A DNA stretch of 64,000 nucleotides, from the NCBI GenBank assembly GCA_030704615.1, contig CM060732.1, positions 47,802,001 to 47,866,000 on the forward strand, in the 5' to 3' direction. Each line of letters opens with the position of its first letter. The stretch's first letter is position 1. The notes under the pieces are model-generated. The model saw only the letters and a program-made list of their open reading frames with translations. It did no database searches and was not told where the DNA came from. This DNA comes from Takakia lepidozioides. Lineage: Eukaryota > Plantae > Bryophyta. A program made the position numbers and the translations under genes. Shown piece by piece: positions 13,301 through 25,606 of this stretch.

Positions 13301-15251
13301 GTGTTTTGTCTCCTGTCAAATGCCGCCATGACCTCAAAAAACAACGGGTAAGGTATGTTGTCATTAATAGCAAGTCCACAGTTAATAGTGATGTAGAGCT
13401 GTACGCAGCAGGGCATGGATGTGATGTACTGCAAAATCATTGTACTACACAAAACATTAAATTAGATGAGATGGGATCCATTACATCCCAGCAGGTGAAG
13501 CGACATGCATGGTATATGGCAGAGAGGAAGTTGACATGTGCATGTTGTACAATCTGAAAGAGCCCGCAAAAGAGACAGAAAAATGTGGCGCGTTGGGTGC
13601 CATCAATTGAAAGTGAGACGTCCTGCATTTGTGCTCCAATGTAGGGGAAGTCACTCGACATCAATTCCAAAACCATGTGCGATAAAACATAGGGTCCAAC
13701 AAACTCTTGAAAAATAAAAAATCTAAAAGATTTAATTAACAAAGGGTTGTGGTATTATGAAAAACACATTTATAAAGAAATAAATGGTACTTCTTTGTCT
13801 GTGTGTTATAATTTTTTTTTTAAATATATGGGAAAAAAAAATTGTGGAGCTATGATTCCCTTCACCATTATGATTCCCTTGGGTGGATGAACGTATGTAT
13901 GTGACTCTGGATGAAATATAAGCTGGATGGAGTTATGAGGAGGTGACGATTTTAACAGCTAGTTTAGGATTAGGATTAAAGTATATAGATGTGGCACCTT
14001 TGTAGGATCTACGTGGACTAAGATCTGGCTATCAGTGCCACATGACATTTTGTTAGATTAGGCTTTCTATCTATTTAACTTGGAAGGTGTGTGGTGTGGT
14101 TGGGGTTTTGGATGAGTGTGGGATTTGTGAGTGCATGTGCGCGATCGAGATTGAGGTCGAGATTGAGGTCGTATTGGCCTCCATATTCGCTTGAGTAAAG
14201 TTCATGAAATTTGTTATGTTGTTGTGCACGTGCTGCTATTGGGTTTTTTTTTCCTCTTCAAATTGAACTTTATATAATAATTTAAAATAAGAAAAAAAAC
14301 TAGTATAATTCAAAATAGGGTGTCTACAAAAAACCCGTATTACAAAATTATGTAATGCAAGGGTACCAAAAAAAAAACCATACCCCCCCAACTATACACC
14401 CTTTGTTCACAGATTGTAACAAAATTTTACAATGACTGATCACTCCGGGGCTCCAATTATCGAGAGTGAGAGTTAGAGCAAGAGAGGGAGAGAGACTAAC
14501 GGAGGTTGCGTGCATGGAGAAAGTGGCAAAATCTGACTTGCAAGGAGCATCGACCAGCCAATGATTACAGTTCAGTCGATCATCCACTAGGTACTTTCTT
14601 TGCTTCAACCAATGTCGTATCATAATCTCAAAATGATTCCATCGAAACCTTGGTTTTTTTCAAAGGGGAAAAAACTTTATTTGGGACAGTACATGAAAGC
14701 AATTAACCAAGAGGCCGGGAAGAGCTTGGGAGTGGAGGGAAAGAGAGATAACATATTTATCTCTCCATGCATGAGCCAAATGTGGACACATCTATGTGAA
14801 TACAAGTTTTTGCTAGACCAGGAGCTCAACCCCATCCATGTTAGAGTCTCAATTTGTTTTGGGTACTTTGGGGAAATTTTGTTTCCAAATTCACGGATCA
14901 AAATGTATCTAAGTTCATACTCAATAATTTTGGCATTGTTGTGGAAAGAGAATGCATCTGTTTGCGTCATTACTTTGCATGTTTATTAAATATGTAAGTT
15001 GTATTTAACCAAGAGTAAAATACCAATCCGACATTACCTGACTACAGATACAAGCAGCACACACAAGAGGTCCTTTTGGGTTGATGGTCGGTCAAATCCT
15101 CCATGGGTCATGACACAAGATAAAGGACAATGTGGTGATGATACCTTCTTCTTCAACCTATTTCAGTCTGTTTTGCCCTCTCATCAGACTCGGCCCTGAG
15201 ATGCATATTGAATTTTGTAAATTAGCTCGTTGGTGGATTTGTGGTTGTTTA

Positions 15252-15906
15252 GAGTGACTTTGACAAGTTGTTGCTGATGTGGCAGCATGAAAGACAGGTA
15301 ACGGAGATGAGGAGAAGCTTTGGAATGAACACTTTTCCGACCCCAGTCAATGGCGGGACAATGGAGACAAAAAGGTGAATGCATGTTGGACTACACTAGA
15401 GAGAAGTAGATGCAATTTAGAATTAGAACTACTGTAATAATTAGGGTTGGGGTTTGCTGGAAGAACTTCACGGCGTCAGTGTCAGCTGCTAGCAGCAAGT
15501 ATTCATGATTTGTACACAGACAGGGATAGCTGAAGGACCAGGGATAAAGGTCCAGGTTCATCCAAGAGGGCCAGATTTCAAACACAACATTACTTCTGAT
15601 TCCTGTGGATCAATAGCTACAAGAAATCTGCTAATGAGAAAATGGTCTGCTAATGAAGGCACCTTTTTCGACACATTTCATCCTGTTTTTCCCTATTATC
15701 AGAATCGGCCCTATATTTTCATGTTGAATTCTTCAAGTTAGTTGGTTGAGTGAACCTGGGATAGTTTGGAGTGACTTTGACATGATACTGCCAATGTGAC
15801 AACAGGAAAGTATCCAAAAGAGGTAACAGAGATGAGGAGAAGCTATGGAATGAATTTTTTCTGACCCCAGTCAATGGTGGGACAACCGAGGCAAAAATGT
15901 GAATGC
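15252..15906 (+). repeat. Degenerate direct duplication of about 135 bp (15252-15383 and 15770-15906)
   Basis: Both copies read agtgactttgaca...aggtaac(g/a)gagatgaggagaagct(t/a)tggaatgaa...gaccccagtcaatgg(c/t)gggacaa...gtgaatgc. Confidence 0.75.
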
Positions 15907-16366
15907 CTGTCAGATTACCAGATGTCATTTTGAACACTGCCCCTACCTGGGTGGACATGTATGTCAAATGTGGGTGCATCAAGGATGCAAAGGGAGTGTT
16001 CAACACTATGGCTGAACGAGATGTGGTGTCATGGAGTGCAATGTTTGCAGGGTATGCACAGCAGGGGTGTGGGATGGAGGCTTTGGAGACCTATGAGCAA
16101 ATTATGAGGGAAGGGGTACTGAAGCCCGACCACATAACGTGTGTGTGTGTTTGCAATGCGTGTGCAAGCCTGGCAGCCCTGGAAAAGGGCAAAAGGTCCA
16201 TGGTTGCATCGTCAAAGCTACAAATGTATCAGATGTCATTCTGAACACTCCCCTGGTGGACAATATGTATGCCAAATGTAGGTGTAGCAAGGATGCAAAG
16301 GGAGTACTGTTCAACAACATGGCTGAACAAGATGTGGTGTCTTGGAGTACCATGATGACCACCTAT
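15903..16366 (+). pseudogene. PLS-class pentatricopeptide repeat (PPR) gene fragment
   Basis: VDMYVKCGCIKDAKGVFNTMAERDVVSWSAMFAGYAQQG..EAL..YEQ..REGVLKPDHIT..NACASLAALEKGK, a frameshift, then [26 protein letters not shown]. No start or C-terminal domains. Confidence 0.9.
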
Positions 16367-16377
16367 CAGCCAGTATG

Positions 16378-16670
16378 TATCCTATACAGAACACCTTCAT
16401 CCACAAAGTAAATATTATGAAAGCTCCCAGAGTTGATGTGGGCAAGCTTATGGAGATAGAACTCGCTTCCCTCCTCTAATTTAAGTGCTGGATAAGTTTC
16501 AGTTTAGTGTCGACGTTCACTGCATACATTGGCTGTTTTCTTGGCTGGTATCTTGTTGCTTGGCTGCTTTCATGGGGATCACATACAGTGAGGAGGTGGG
16601 ATCAAAGATAGAGCGACATGTTGGTGAGTTGGAAGAGCTTGAAGGGGAGCATGTTGAGGTACGGTTAAAT
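16378..16670 (+). pseudogene. RPS3A: 40S ribosomal protein S3a C-terminal gene fragment (copy 1, with intron remnant)
   Basis: 16378-16455 translates [26 protein letters not shown] and 16571 onward gives HGD(fs)YSEEVGSKIER. This resembles the plant RPS3a tail [31 protein letters not shown]. The splice donor is mutated to AT. Confidence 0.85.
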
Positions 16671-17129
16671 TGCCCGTGTGTAGTGGAAGGGGAGGAGTAC
16701 GAGCGTAAGTTCTGCTGCAATAATTTTTGTTTTCCAGCCTACATGTTCTTGTTGGAAATTAATTGAAGTGCTTTCAATGTTGCTGCAATACCATAATAAA
16801 GTGGAGGCTGCTGAATGCAATTGGCCTTGCTTGGTGCGGACAGAATCCATTGCAATGTGGAGATGGCTGATTATAGCATTTCCAGAGGATGGTGTGGATG
16901 GCCTTGCGTGGTGCATGCAGAGTCCGTGGCAATGTGGACATGGCTGAATGGGCAAAGGAGGCAAGTGGCAAAGAAACCACGTCACTGGTACATAGTTGTG
17001 TGCGACATACTACAAGAAACTGTACTATATGTCATTCCAGAGACTGTCATTGTTGGTCCATGTGTTTTACAACAATGCTATCAATATAAAACTTCTGGTT
17101 CGCATTGGAAGCTCAATCCCTGTAAGTTC

Positions 17130-17360
17130 ATTGTGTGTGAAGCTCAAACTTGTGATTTGAAGGATCTTGTAGCCAAGTTCACTCAACCGGAAAGGAAATT
17201 TTTTGAAAGCTCCCAAATTTGATGTGGGCAAGCTTATGGAGGTAAGACTTATCTTCCCTCCTCTAATGTAAGTGTTGGATAAGTTTCATTTAGTGTCGAC
17301 CTTCACTGCATATATTGGCTCTTTTCTTGGCTGGTTTCATATTTTCTTGGCTGGTATGCT
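17130..17360 (+). pseudogene. RPS3A: RPS3a fragment copy 2 (internally deleted, includes intron start)
   Basis: EAQTCDLKDLVAKF, then LKAPKFDVGKLME followed by gtaag. The downstream intron sequence is similar to 16456-16550. Confidence 0.8.
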
Positions 17361-18026
17361 GTTGGTTGGCTTCTATTCATAGAACATTCATATCTAAATT
17401 TTCTTTATGCAACAACAATCTGCTTACCTATAGTTGATACCGATAGGCCCCCAACAAGATCTGTGTCAGAGATCCCTTCTGCCGCCCCATTAAGCAGTGG
17501 GAGCCTTGCCGGTAGGGTCGGCGGGACGGCCATACCAGCAACGTCTCAATTGGGCGCGTTGTCAAATCCCCACCCCCACTGCTCCCTTTTCCCCAATGAG
17601 CCTTGTATTGTAGAATAAAGAATTAAGAATCCAAGGCTTGGCAAGAAGCAGATGGTAGCGAGAAGGCTAGGTAATGCCCATCATAACGATGGGGTCTGAG
17701 GTTCAACCCGTGGCAGTAAAACTACATTGAATGATTGGTTGCATATGTAGCTAAAGGTCTGATTGCAGTGGAGGGTTACGCTGTAATCAGCCAGCTGTCA
17801 ACTCCTTGGGTAAGCGTAATCTTCTTCCATATTTATGATGCTTTGACTGCACATTTGGATGACCGACTATAGCCGGTCCAATATTCTGAAAAAAAGGTAT
17901 ATGGGAAAATCAGATATGTGTAAATCACATCCATTGTACCAAGATACCTTTTTTGATGAGGCTACTTATAGAGTTGAGTCAAAATGAATATATGTGTCAC
18001 TTGATTATGTTTGTTCCTTGCATATA

Positions 18027-18847
18027 CCGTAGGTTCATAGCAGATTAGGCACAATTTTTTATTTATTTATAAACTGCCTAAGCAAATCTGTGATTTTTCA
18101 AGATTTATGCCTAAAAGGTTGGAAAAATAATATGAAAGTGCCTAATTCAGTAAAATTGTCTAAGAAAATCCTACTCTATATAATTTCTATTGAAAACAAA
18201 AAATAAATACCTCCATAAATGTTCAAAAAGTGTAGGCCAACTCCCTAGGTCCATAGAACCTCCAAAGGACCTTCCCATGATAAGTACTAAGGTACGCAAT
18301 TATTACTGCAGATTAAGGTGTGGGTATCATGTTATCACCGCCTTTTGTAGTTGGATCTCTCTCTCACTCTCAAATGTCACTGCTTAATTCCATCTCCTAG
18401 GCCAACCACTTGTCGGAGTCGTTCCAACGACAGAGCAAAAAATTGATGCACAATTTGAGCCCATTACCTTGTGATCTCGTGGTGAGTGTGTTTGGGCGAG
18501 GATTTAGCCTGCGGGCTAAAAGTTGCACCTGACCTAAGCTTGGCCCAGGCTGGGTTCCTCCATTGTTAGCCATCTCCACATTTGCGCCCGCATTGTGTAG
18601 TGGGCTCTCAGACACCATCTCCGTTAGAAAAGACTTTTTTAGGGTTTGTCTTGGGAAGAAGAGAGAGGGTACGTGAGACCTTTGGGGATGGAAGGAGAAG
18701 TTCCAAGTGATGAAAGGTGCCTAACACCAAATGTTATGGATGAAAAGTGTCTAATTTACATAAATCCCTTTGTAAGTGCCTAAAAAGAATATTCTAAATT
18801 TAATAATTATTAGGCACTAGGGTGCCTAATCTGCTATGAACCTACGG
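18027..18847. mobile_element. Tc1/mariner-type non-autonomous element (about 820 bp)
   Basis: Perfect TIR ccgtaggttcatagcagattaggcac / gtgcctaatctgctatgaacctacgg, flanked by TA at 18025-18026 and 18848-18849. Confidence 0.9.
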
Positions 18848-19978
18848 TAACCCTTACCTGCCTTTAGATAGCGTTTTCCTTTATCAAAATTGGGCATGAG
18901 TTTGCCAAACTGGGCATGAGTTTTGCAGCCGATGCACTCTCATACCCGTGCAGTGATCTCGCAGCTTGCTGCTTGCATGTCGCTAGGCGTCACGGGGCGT
19001 GCAGCTCGGCAAAACCCAAACTGCGTATGAAACTAGTTTGACCACCAGTTTTGGTGCTCAAACTAGTTTCATCCCATGTTTTTTTCTTTTGTTTGAGTTT
19101 GGTCCCCAGTTTCTTAACTCGTCTCCACTTTTGGCCAAACCGGGGGTACTCGTCCCCAGTTTTTGGCACTTTACAGGTAACTTTATTGGTGAAGATTATA
19201 ATGTTTTAGTGTGAGGGATTTTTTTCTCAAGTTTTTGAAAATAATTTTTTTTGCGTTCAACCAGAGAAATGGAGTGACGTGTTGATTTTTGTTGCCTATG
19301 AAAGTAACATATACACATTTCTAAACTTGTTACAAGGGTTTCCAAATTTTTTGAAGCGATCTCAATGGTCCAAAAACAAATTTAAAAAAATAAAATCTTA
19401 ACAAATAACAGGCTTTTTTCACACATGCCGTGACCCGTTTTTCGGGTCACATAGGCAATTAAGGGGTAATTTTATAATTATTATCATTTCTTCAATCGAG
19501 GTGAGCAATACAAAATAATTAATTTTTTAAGTTTCACATTTTTCTTTTGTAAGTGTTATATGTCATTTTTTAAGACACTTTATTCTATAAGCCTATAGAC
19601 ATGGGTGGATACACATATGTCATTTTAGAAATGAGAAACGCCTCACAAATCAGGCTCCTTCATTATAGTTAGAGGAGAAAAGAGGACCAAACACGAGCTC
19701 AAGGGACGCTGCCCAAAAGAAGGGGACGAAGATGTAGGAATTGAATCCAGAATCACCTGGGTGGCATTTAATGCTCTATCCAAGTATCAATTGATTATCT
19801 GTCCCCTGTTCTCTTTTTTCTTTTTTTTAACTGATTATATATTATTGTTCGTTGATTCCCTTTTTTTTTCTTTTTTTTTTTATGCTCAAACTGTTCCAAT
19901 ATTGTGTCATGTGAGTGATGGTATGGTTTTATACAATCTTTGCAAATGCCAAATAACAAGAACAAGACGATTCTTCAA

Positions 19979-19981
<3 letters not shown>

Positions 19982-20011
<30 letters not shown>
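19982..20011. repeat. (GA)n microsatellite
   Basis: Uninterrupted GA run of about 30 nt. Confidence 0.9.
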
Positions 20012-20017
<6 letters not shown>

Positions 20018-20527
20018 CAGCCATAGCCATAACCAGGAGTCATTTCACCTTGCGGCTACTCTCTTCAATCACAAGGAATATATATCACATGAAATTTTAA
20101 TTCAATTCAGAAAACCCTTGTATTATATACTAAATTTAAAATTTTGTCATATTTGGACAAATGCCACACACAAAAACCAAGATTGCATTATATCTGGGAC
20201 TATTTAATCATATATAAATTTTTTTTTAAAACACAACTACCTAGTCACTTCTACTATTTCATCGTTCATTTCTTGAATTAATATAATATTGTGTTCTTGT
20301 ACTTATAAATGTGGATCGGATCCTTTCTTTATAGGACAAGTTGAGTGATCAATAATTATTTGGAATATTTTGACTGAACTAACAACAACATGTAATAAAA
20401 CATGGAATTGTTTTTAGTATATCTGACTTTGTAAATATATTTTGGACATATGACTTGACATTGTCCATTAGGATATTTGTCGATTATATGTGGTGGCCTT
20501 TGGGATTATCAACCTTACCCACCATTA

Positions 20528-20896
20528 GGGTAAAACACCCTATGACCGTTATAGTTCCTATGACCGTTCACCTCATAATTGCTTGGGTCAGGCCTACATG
20601 AGCGACCATGGCTGGGCCCAAGACTGCTCATTTTTGCCACTTGGCAAACAGTTGTTTGATAGAACCCCCAAGAAATATGAGTGGTCATAGGGCTCAAACT
20701 TCACACAAGCATTCGGATTGGTTCAACTTTGAAACCCCATAACTTTGTGTGGATTTCATGAAATCATGCACTTCCAAATGTGTTGGGATGCCCCAGATGT
20801 GGGGCATCTTATCAATTTATCCGGGGTAAAAACGACAAAAATTCACCGTTAGATCTTCCGCCATCTTTAGATGAACGGTCATAGGGTGTTCTACCC
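20528..20896. mobile_element. MITE (about 370 bp, possibly Mutator-like) upstream of the lectin gene
   Basis: TIR gggtaaaacaccctatgaccgtt / aacggtcatagggtgttctaccc. Flanking repeat is only degenerate (cccaccatt / caccccatt). Confidence 0.75.
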
Positions 20897-21098
20897 CACA
20901 CCCCATTGCATCATCATATAAACGAAATAAAGGCCAACCCAAGCGACTGAGTGAGTCCCACACTGACGATAGCTATGTTCTTTGAGACTATCAAATGCTA
21001 CTAATAAAACAAACAAATCGAATCGAGGATGTCATTTTTTAATTTATTTATTCGATATATGTAATATACCTTTACTTTGGCTATAATATCAAACCACA

Positions 21099-21105
21099 TA
21101 TAAAA
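21099..21105 (+). promoter_or_regulatory. Candidate TATA box for the lectin gene
   Basis: TATAAAA about 125 nt upstream of ATG 21226. Confidence 0.35.
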
Positions 21106-21225
21106 TCTGAGCTGCACTCCATATAAGAGAACCGACTAACAAGTGGACCAGCTAGCTTCAATAGAGATCACATGCTTGAGCATAAGGAAAACTCCACAAT
21201 TGTCTTGCACCAAAGAAAGAGAAAT

Positions 21226-21665
21226 ATGGGTGGTTTAGGTATGCACACATATGTACGTCAAATCTTGTTAGTGGTATTGACATTATCGGCACTTGTAGCC
21301 TTTGTAAAAGCGTATCCAATCCCTCCGACCCTTGAAGCCACCAACTCGTTGTATATGGTCAATCTCTCCAAAGCACCAATCTCGAATATCTTTTGACAAT
21401 GCAGGATGACTGCAATGTGGTGTTGTACAAGGGCGACACTCTGGTATGGAGTACGCAGACCAAGGGAGTACAAGGTTCACATTGCTACCTTCACCTAAAT
21501 CCAAATTCCCACATGGTGATTATAGATACAACGACCAACTCGCTCGTATGGGACAATCGCCTGTCGGACTCGAGGAATGATTGCACATTGATAATGCAAG
21601 ATGATGGAAGGGCTGTTATTTATGCCTATGATGCTAATGGTGATTATCCGGTATGGGCCACATGA
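21226..21665 (+). pseudogene. Secreted GNA/bulb-type mannose-binding lectin with one frameshift near 21355
   Basis: Signal-peptide-like ILLVVLTLSALVAFVKA, then after a 1-nt shift GQSLQSTNLEYLLTMQDDCNVVLY..LVWST..CYL..LVW..LIMQDDGRAVIY..VWAT*. QxDxNxVxY is the GNA mannose-site motif. No intron. Confidence 0.85.
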
Positions 21666-21819
21666 ATTAGTTTCTACTACTTTTTGTATTAGCATTCAAA
21701 TTTAAACTTATACTGTGCTAAACGTTAATATATTCAATTTGAGGAGAAGATAACCTCTTTCATAGTAACCTTGTCATGAAGTGCCGAGCACAGGGCTCAA
21801 GGATATATCTTTTTAACCA

Positions 21820-22130
21820 GTTTTTTTTTTTTAAAAATTAATAGGAACAGGGGGAGGTATCCCTGTTTACTTTATTATAAAATGTTTTGTTTCAGCGAAA
21901 AACCACCTTACAAATTATTCCGAATTATTTGGGGAAAAAAATTAAAACCCTTTTTACGCCATGAGGCACACACACCGTACTCAGTGAATAAAGATCTTGA
22001 CTACTGAAAACAGGTTTTTCCCTCCCTAAAGAGGGTTGACCTCCAGTTCTTCCCGAACTATCTGAAAACCCGAACTTGCAAATGACATTCTTTGTTTGGA
22101 CCATGATCCAAGAAGTGAAGCGGTAATCAA
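21820..22130 (-). mobile_element. Probable 3' end and poly(A) tail of a LINE
   Basis: T12 tract at 21821-21832 with a minus-strand AATAAA about 40 nt inside it. Same orientation as the LINE body at 27113-29403 on the far side of the inserted retroelement. Confidence 0.4.
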
Positions 22131-22379
22131 GGCACAAACGCCTGCTCAGTCAATGACAAGGCCTCATCCTGCCCCATCATCTCATCCTTGAGGACTTCCT
22201 CAACCCGAGAAAAATCCCCAACCTCATCCATCACCGCCGCCCTGGCTGCCAACTCCATCTGAACCTCGAGCACCTCCCACGTGTGCCATGGATACCTGCA
22301 CCCCGTGGTCCTCACATGCTCGCCCCCACTCACTGCCTGTACCGTCTCGATAGGTAGAGAGACCATCGAGGGAAGTATA

Positions 22380-23380
22380 CTCCGCACTCTGCGTTGCTCA
22401 GCCATAGCCAAATGATAATCCAGGTCAAGCAATTGAGATCCATTGTTTGCCCCAACACCTGACGACGTGATACCTCAGAAAGAGACGGCACCGCCGTGGT
22501 ACCAGTGGTAAAACCCATTGCCCGCTCACGCTCGTCAGCATTAGGCTCCACTAACTGCTGCAACTGAGCATCCCACAGGAGGCCAGGTCCACTATCCCGG
22601 AAAGCATGCGATCCTGGGAAGCTGAGCAGTGTAGGTAATGCTGCTCGTGGTTGACCCCTTGTTGACCACTGCCAAAGGCGAACGGTCATCGTGTCTCACA
22701 CGCTGAGACTGCCTCCCTGTGTCCAAAATGCTATCCACTGTGAGGTGTGCTGGCCGCTGCACCCCATCAAATGCACGCTTGAGCAGTGCGGGTGGCATCA
22801 AGTTAGTCCACCATAGCCGTGGACGATGAGCTCGTGACCCCACTGTAGCTGCATCTAGCAACACTGCTGACCCAAGCCACGACCGGACTTGATGCACACT
22901 GGCCATCACCCTGGCCCAAGAATCGTCCATCAGTGACACATTCTCCAAGATGTATGCTGGAGATACAGCTTGATGAAATTGCAAGTGGCGCAAAATCCGC
23001 ACCATCTCCCAAAACAGACCCGACCTCGAGTCTCGCAATCCATTGCCATGCCCGGCTGATGAATGCCCTTGGCAGGGCCAACCTGCCACTACTAGATCAA
23101 TGGAGCCAACCTGCTCCAAATTCTGCGCCCCCAGCAACAAAATGTCTGCTGGCAATGCCTGCTGATATCCACGAACTGCAGACACTGGCAACAACTCAGG
23201 GTACTGTTGCACCAACTGAGCAACATGGCGAAGTGAAACATGTCGTGCAATCTCATCCCTCTCCACATACAGGTAACGCCGAACTCGTACACCTGCCTGT
23301 AACACAGCAGCCAATCCGGTGCTGATCCCGCCAAACAAGTCCAGAAGACAAATGTCTTCATCCGGATACTGCCACACAAT
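22380..23380 (-). pseudogene. C5 cytosine DNA methyltransferase domain (DNMT3-like), copy 1
   Basis: Motif I LLDLFGGISTG, II YVERD, IV DLVVAGWPCQGHSSAG, VI YILENV and VIII AHRPRLWWTNL lie in one frame (ORF 22592-23377). IX ERERAMGF and X RRQVLGQTMDLN follow after a frameshift. Confidence 0.93.
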
Positions 23381-24385
23381 TGGCTAGGAGCACCACTACC
23401 CCGTGGTGTCTTCTTAGCAAATCCCACCATGACCACTCGTTCCTCCACCATGTTGAGCTCTATCCACTCTGCCAGCAAAAACACATTTTGCTAAGGTGGG
23501 TTGGGCCGCTTATAGGAGAGTTGCATCCCGCACCCTTCTCCTCAGCTCCTTGTCCAATATCCCATACCGGAATTGGACTGCCTGAGCTTCCGTAACCCCT
23601 TGGGTTACATTTATCAAGCGCCTCATGCGAGTGAAAGCCTCCCTCAAGCTCTCAGTCGGCTTCCGTTGGAACTCTTGCAAGCTCCGCAACTTCTCTGTCC
23701 TCATCCCTTGGTAGTTCCCTCTTAACTCTTCGAAGAACTCCACAACAGGGTTGAAGGTAGACACCGCCACTGGTGTTGGTGCAGCAGTAGCTTGGGTGGA
23801 CGTCGTAGCTACGGTATCACCAGTCCCACTAGTCCCACTGCTGCTTGTTGAAGCTGTCGGTGCAGCGGCAGCTAAAGCCACTGCCCTCGTGGCTCTAGTG
23901 CCCCTAGTGATGGAGACATAGTCGGGTGACCAGTACATCCTCCACTCCTCGATCTCAACCTCATGCCCCCGCCTGAACTCATGGTAATCATCCATAGGCG
24001 GCCCCTCAAGGTGCTGAAACAGCCCCTTCCATGCCATGAAAGGCGTAAATAGTTGTGGATTGCGTATTTGCTGCAAATCACACCAACTATCAAACTCTTG
24101 GATAAAATCATCCAACTCGATGGTGCCCACTGCCCCAGAGTACCTTCATAGCCCCTTGGTAGCTCCACAGATCTCCTCCATTGTGTCCCACAACAATGGC
24201 AAGGAAACAACTTGCACCGCCGGTGTGAGTCCTCCTGATTCACAATCCGAATCAGAACCTTCCGTAGAAGACACGGGAGGTGAAAGTGGCCTAAACCACA
24301 CACCTCATCTCGTGTACCCACTAGTATCGTTAGTGCTCGAACCGGCACTGTCCCCAGCAACTAGTGGCACCTCCGTGTTGACAAA
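23381..24385 (-). pseudogene. Retrotransposon gag (capsid-like) region, copy 1
   Basis: ELDDFIQEFDSW..FFEELRGNY..LRSLQEFQRKPTESLREAFTRMRRL..QAVQF.YGIL. Contains in-frame stops. Confidence 0.8.
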
Positions 24386-25059
24386 CTGTCACTCAACCGG
24401 TCATGAACATGTCCCTAACCCCCCTTCCACAAGGTAACTGGGTAGAGAACCTGTTGCGGCTTATGGTTTGGAATACTAGGTTCCTAACATAGCCTACACC
24501 TGCACCTGCATCCACCGCAAGCACTCCTATGGTTGGCTGGTCATCACCTCCAACCTCACCACAGGAGAAACAATGATGGTCTGACTGGTCATCACCCCAG
24601 CCTCACCATCGACAGCATGCTCTAGGACTGGCCGGTGATCAAATCCGGACCAATCACCTATAAAAACAAACGCCCACACAAAACTAACATGGTGCACAGT
24701 CAAGCATGCAGGTATGGAGGGGATCCAAACACAAGAAATCAGAATGACAACTCCCCCATACCAAAAACAACTCCACGGTGTTGCTCCTGCAAGGATACCC
24801 CAGCCCAAACCCGGACTGACTCTTGCCTCCACCTACGGAAAGGTCTTGGCCTAATGAGAGGGTGGAAAACTACGAGGAAGAGAAGCTAAAGCAATGCCTA
24901 ACCCCAGCATGCCCTCATCCCAACTCTTTTTCTCCTCTCTTCCCTCACTTGCATGACCATGGAAATTTCATGAAGATACTCCTCAAACTGCCCTCCACGA
25001 GCTTCAAAATTCGGCCTTCAAGACATGCCTGTCCTTAGGCAGTCCACCAGTGCCTCCAC

Positions 25060-25606
25060 GAGTCAGCACAGGCCCAGGGCAGTGACAGGCTGTGGCCTGT
25101 GTGGGGCTGTGACGGCTGTGACCAGTGATCTGTGTACACATGTCACAGGGTCACAGCCCCATGGGCCACAGCCTGTCACAACCCCCAAGGCCACAGGCAC
25201 AGCCTGTCACAGCCCTACACAGGTCACAGGGGTCACGGCCCCAAAGGCCACAGCCTGTCACAGCCTGTCACAGCCTGTCACAGCCTGTCACAGCCCGTCA
25301 CAGCCCTACACAGGTCAGAGGGCACAGCCCAAAGCCACAAAGTCATAGCCTATCACAATCCATCACAGCCCTACACAGGTCACAGGGGCATAGCCTATCA
25401 CAGCCCTACACAGGTCACAAGGGTCACAGCCCCAAAGACCACAGCCCGACAGGCCACAGGACTTAGCCTGTCACAGCCCCTCACAGCGTGTCACAGCTCG
25501 CCACAGCCTGTCACAGCCCCTCATAGCCCATCACAGCCCCACAGGCCACAGGGCACAGCCCCTCACAGCCCCTCACAGCCCCAGAGGCCACATGGCACAA
25601 CCTGTC
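25060..25606. repeat. Low-complexity tandem array of (tg)tcacagcc-type units in the retroelement leader
   Basis: Dozens of cacagcc/tgtcacag/cacagg units. Counterpart at 35680-36200. Confidence 0.9.

Noticed and set aside
18850-19468. Possible piggyBac-like element (cccttacctgcc ... ggcaattaagggg)
   Set aside because: The TIR match is short and imperfect, and there is no clean TTAA duplication.
22380-23380. Bacterial restriction-modification methylase or contamination
   Set aside because: The domain is embedded between retroviral protease and RT remnants in a repeated element within intron-containing plant DNA, and there is no cognate endonuclease.
25060-25606. CRISPR-like appearance of short repeats (also caattcaattgaattg at 8120-8256)
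   Set aside because: There is no constant repeat with unique spacers and no cas genes, and the context is eukaryotic.
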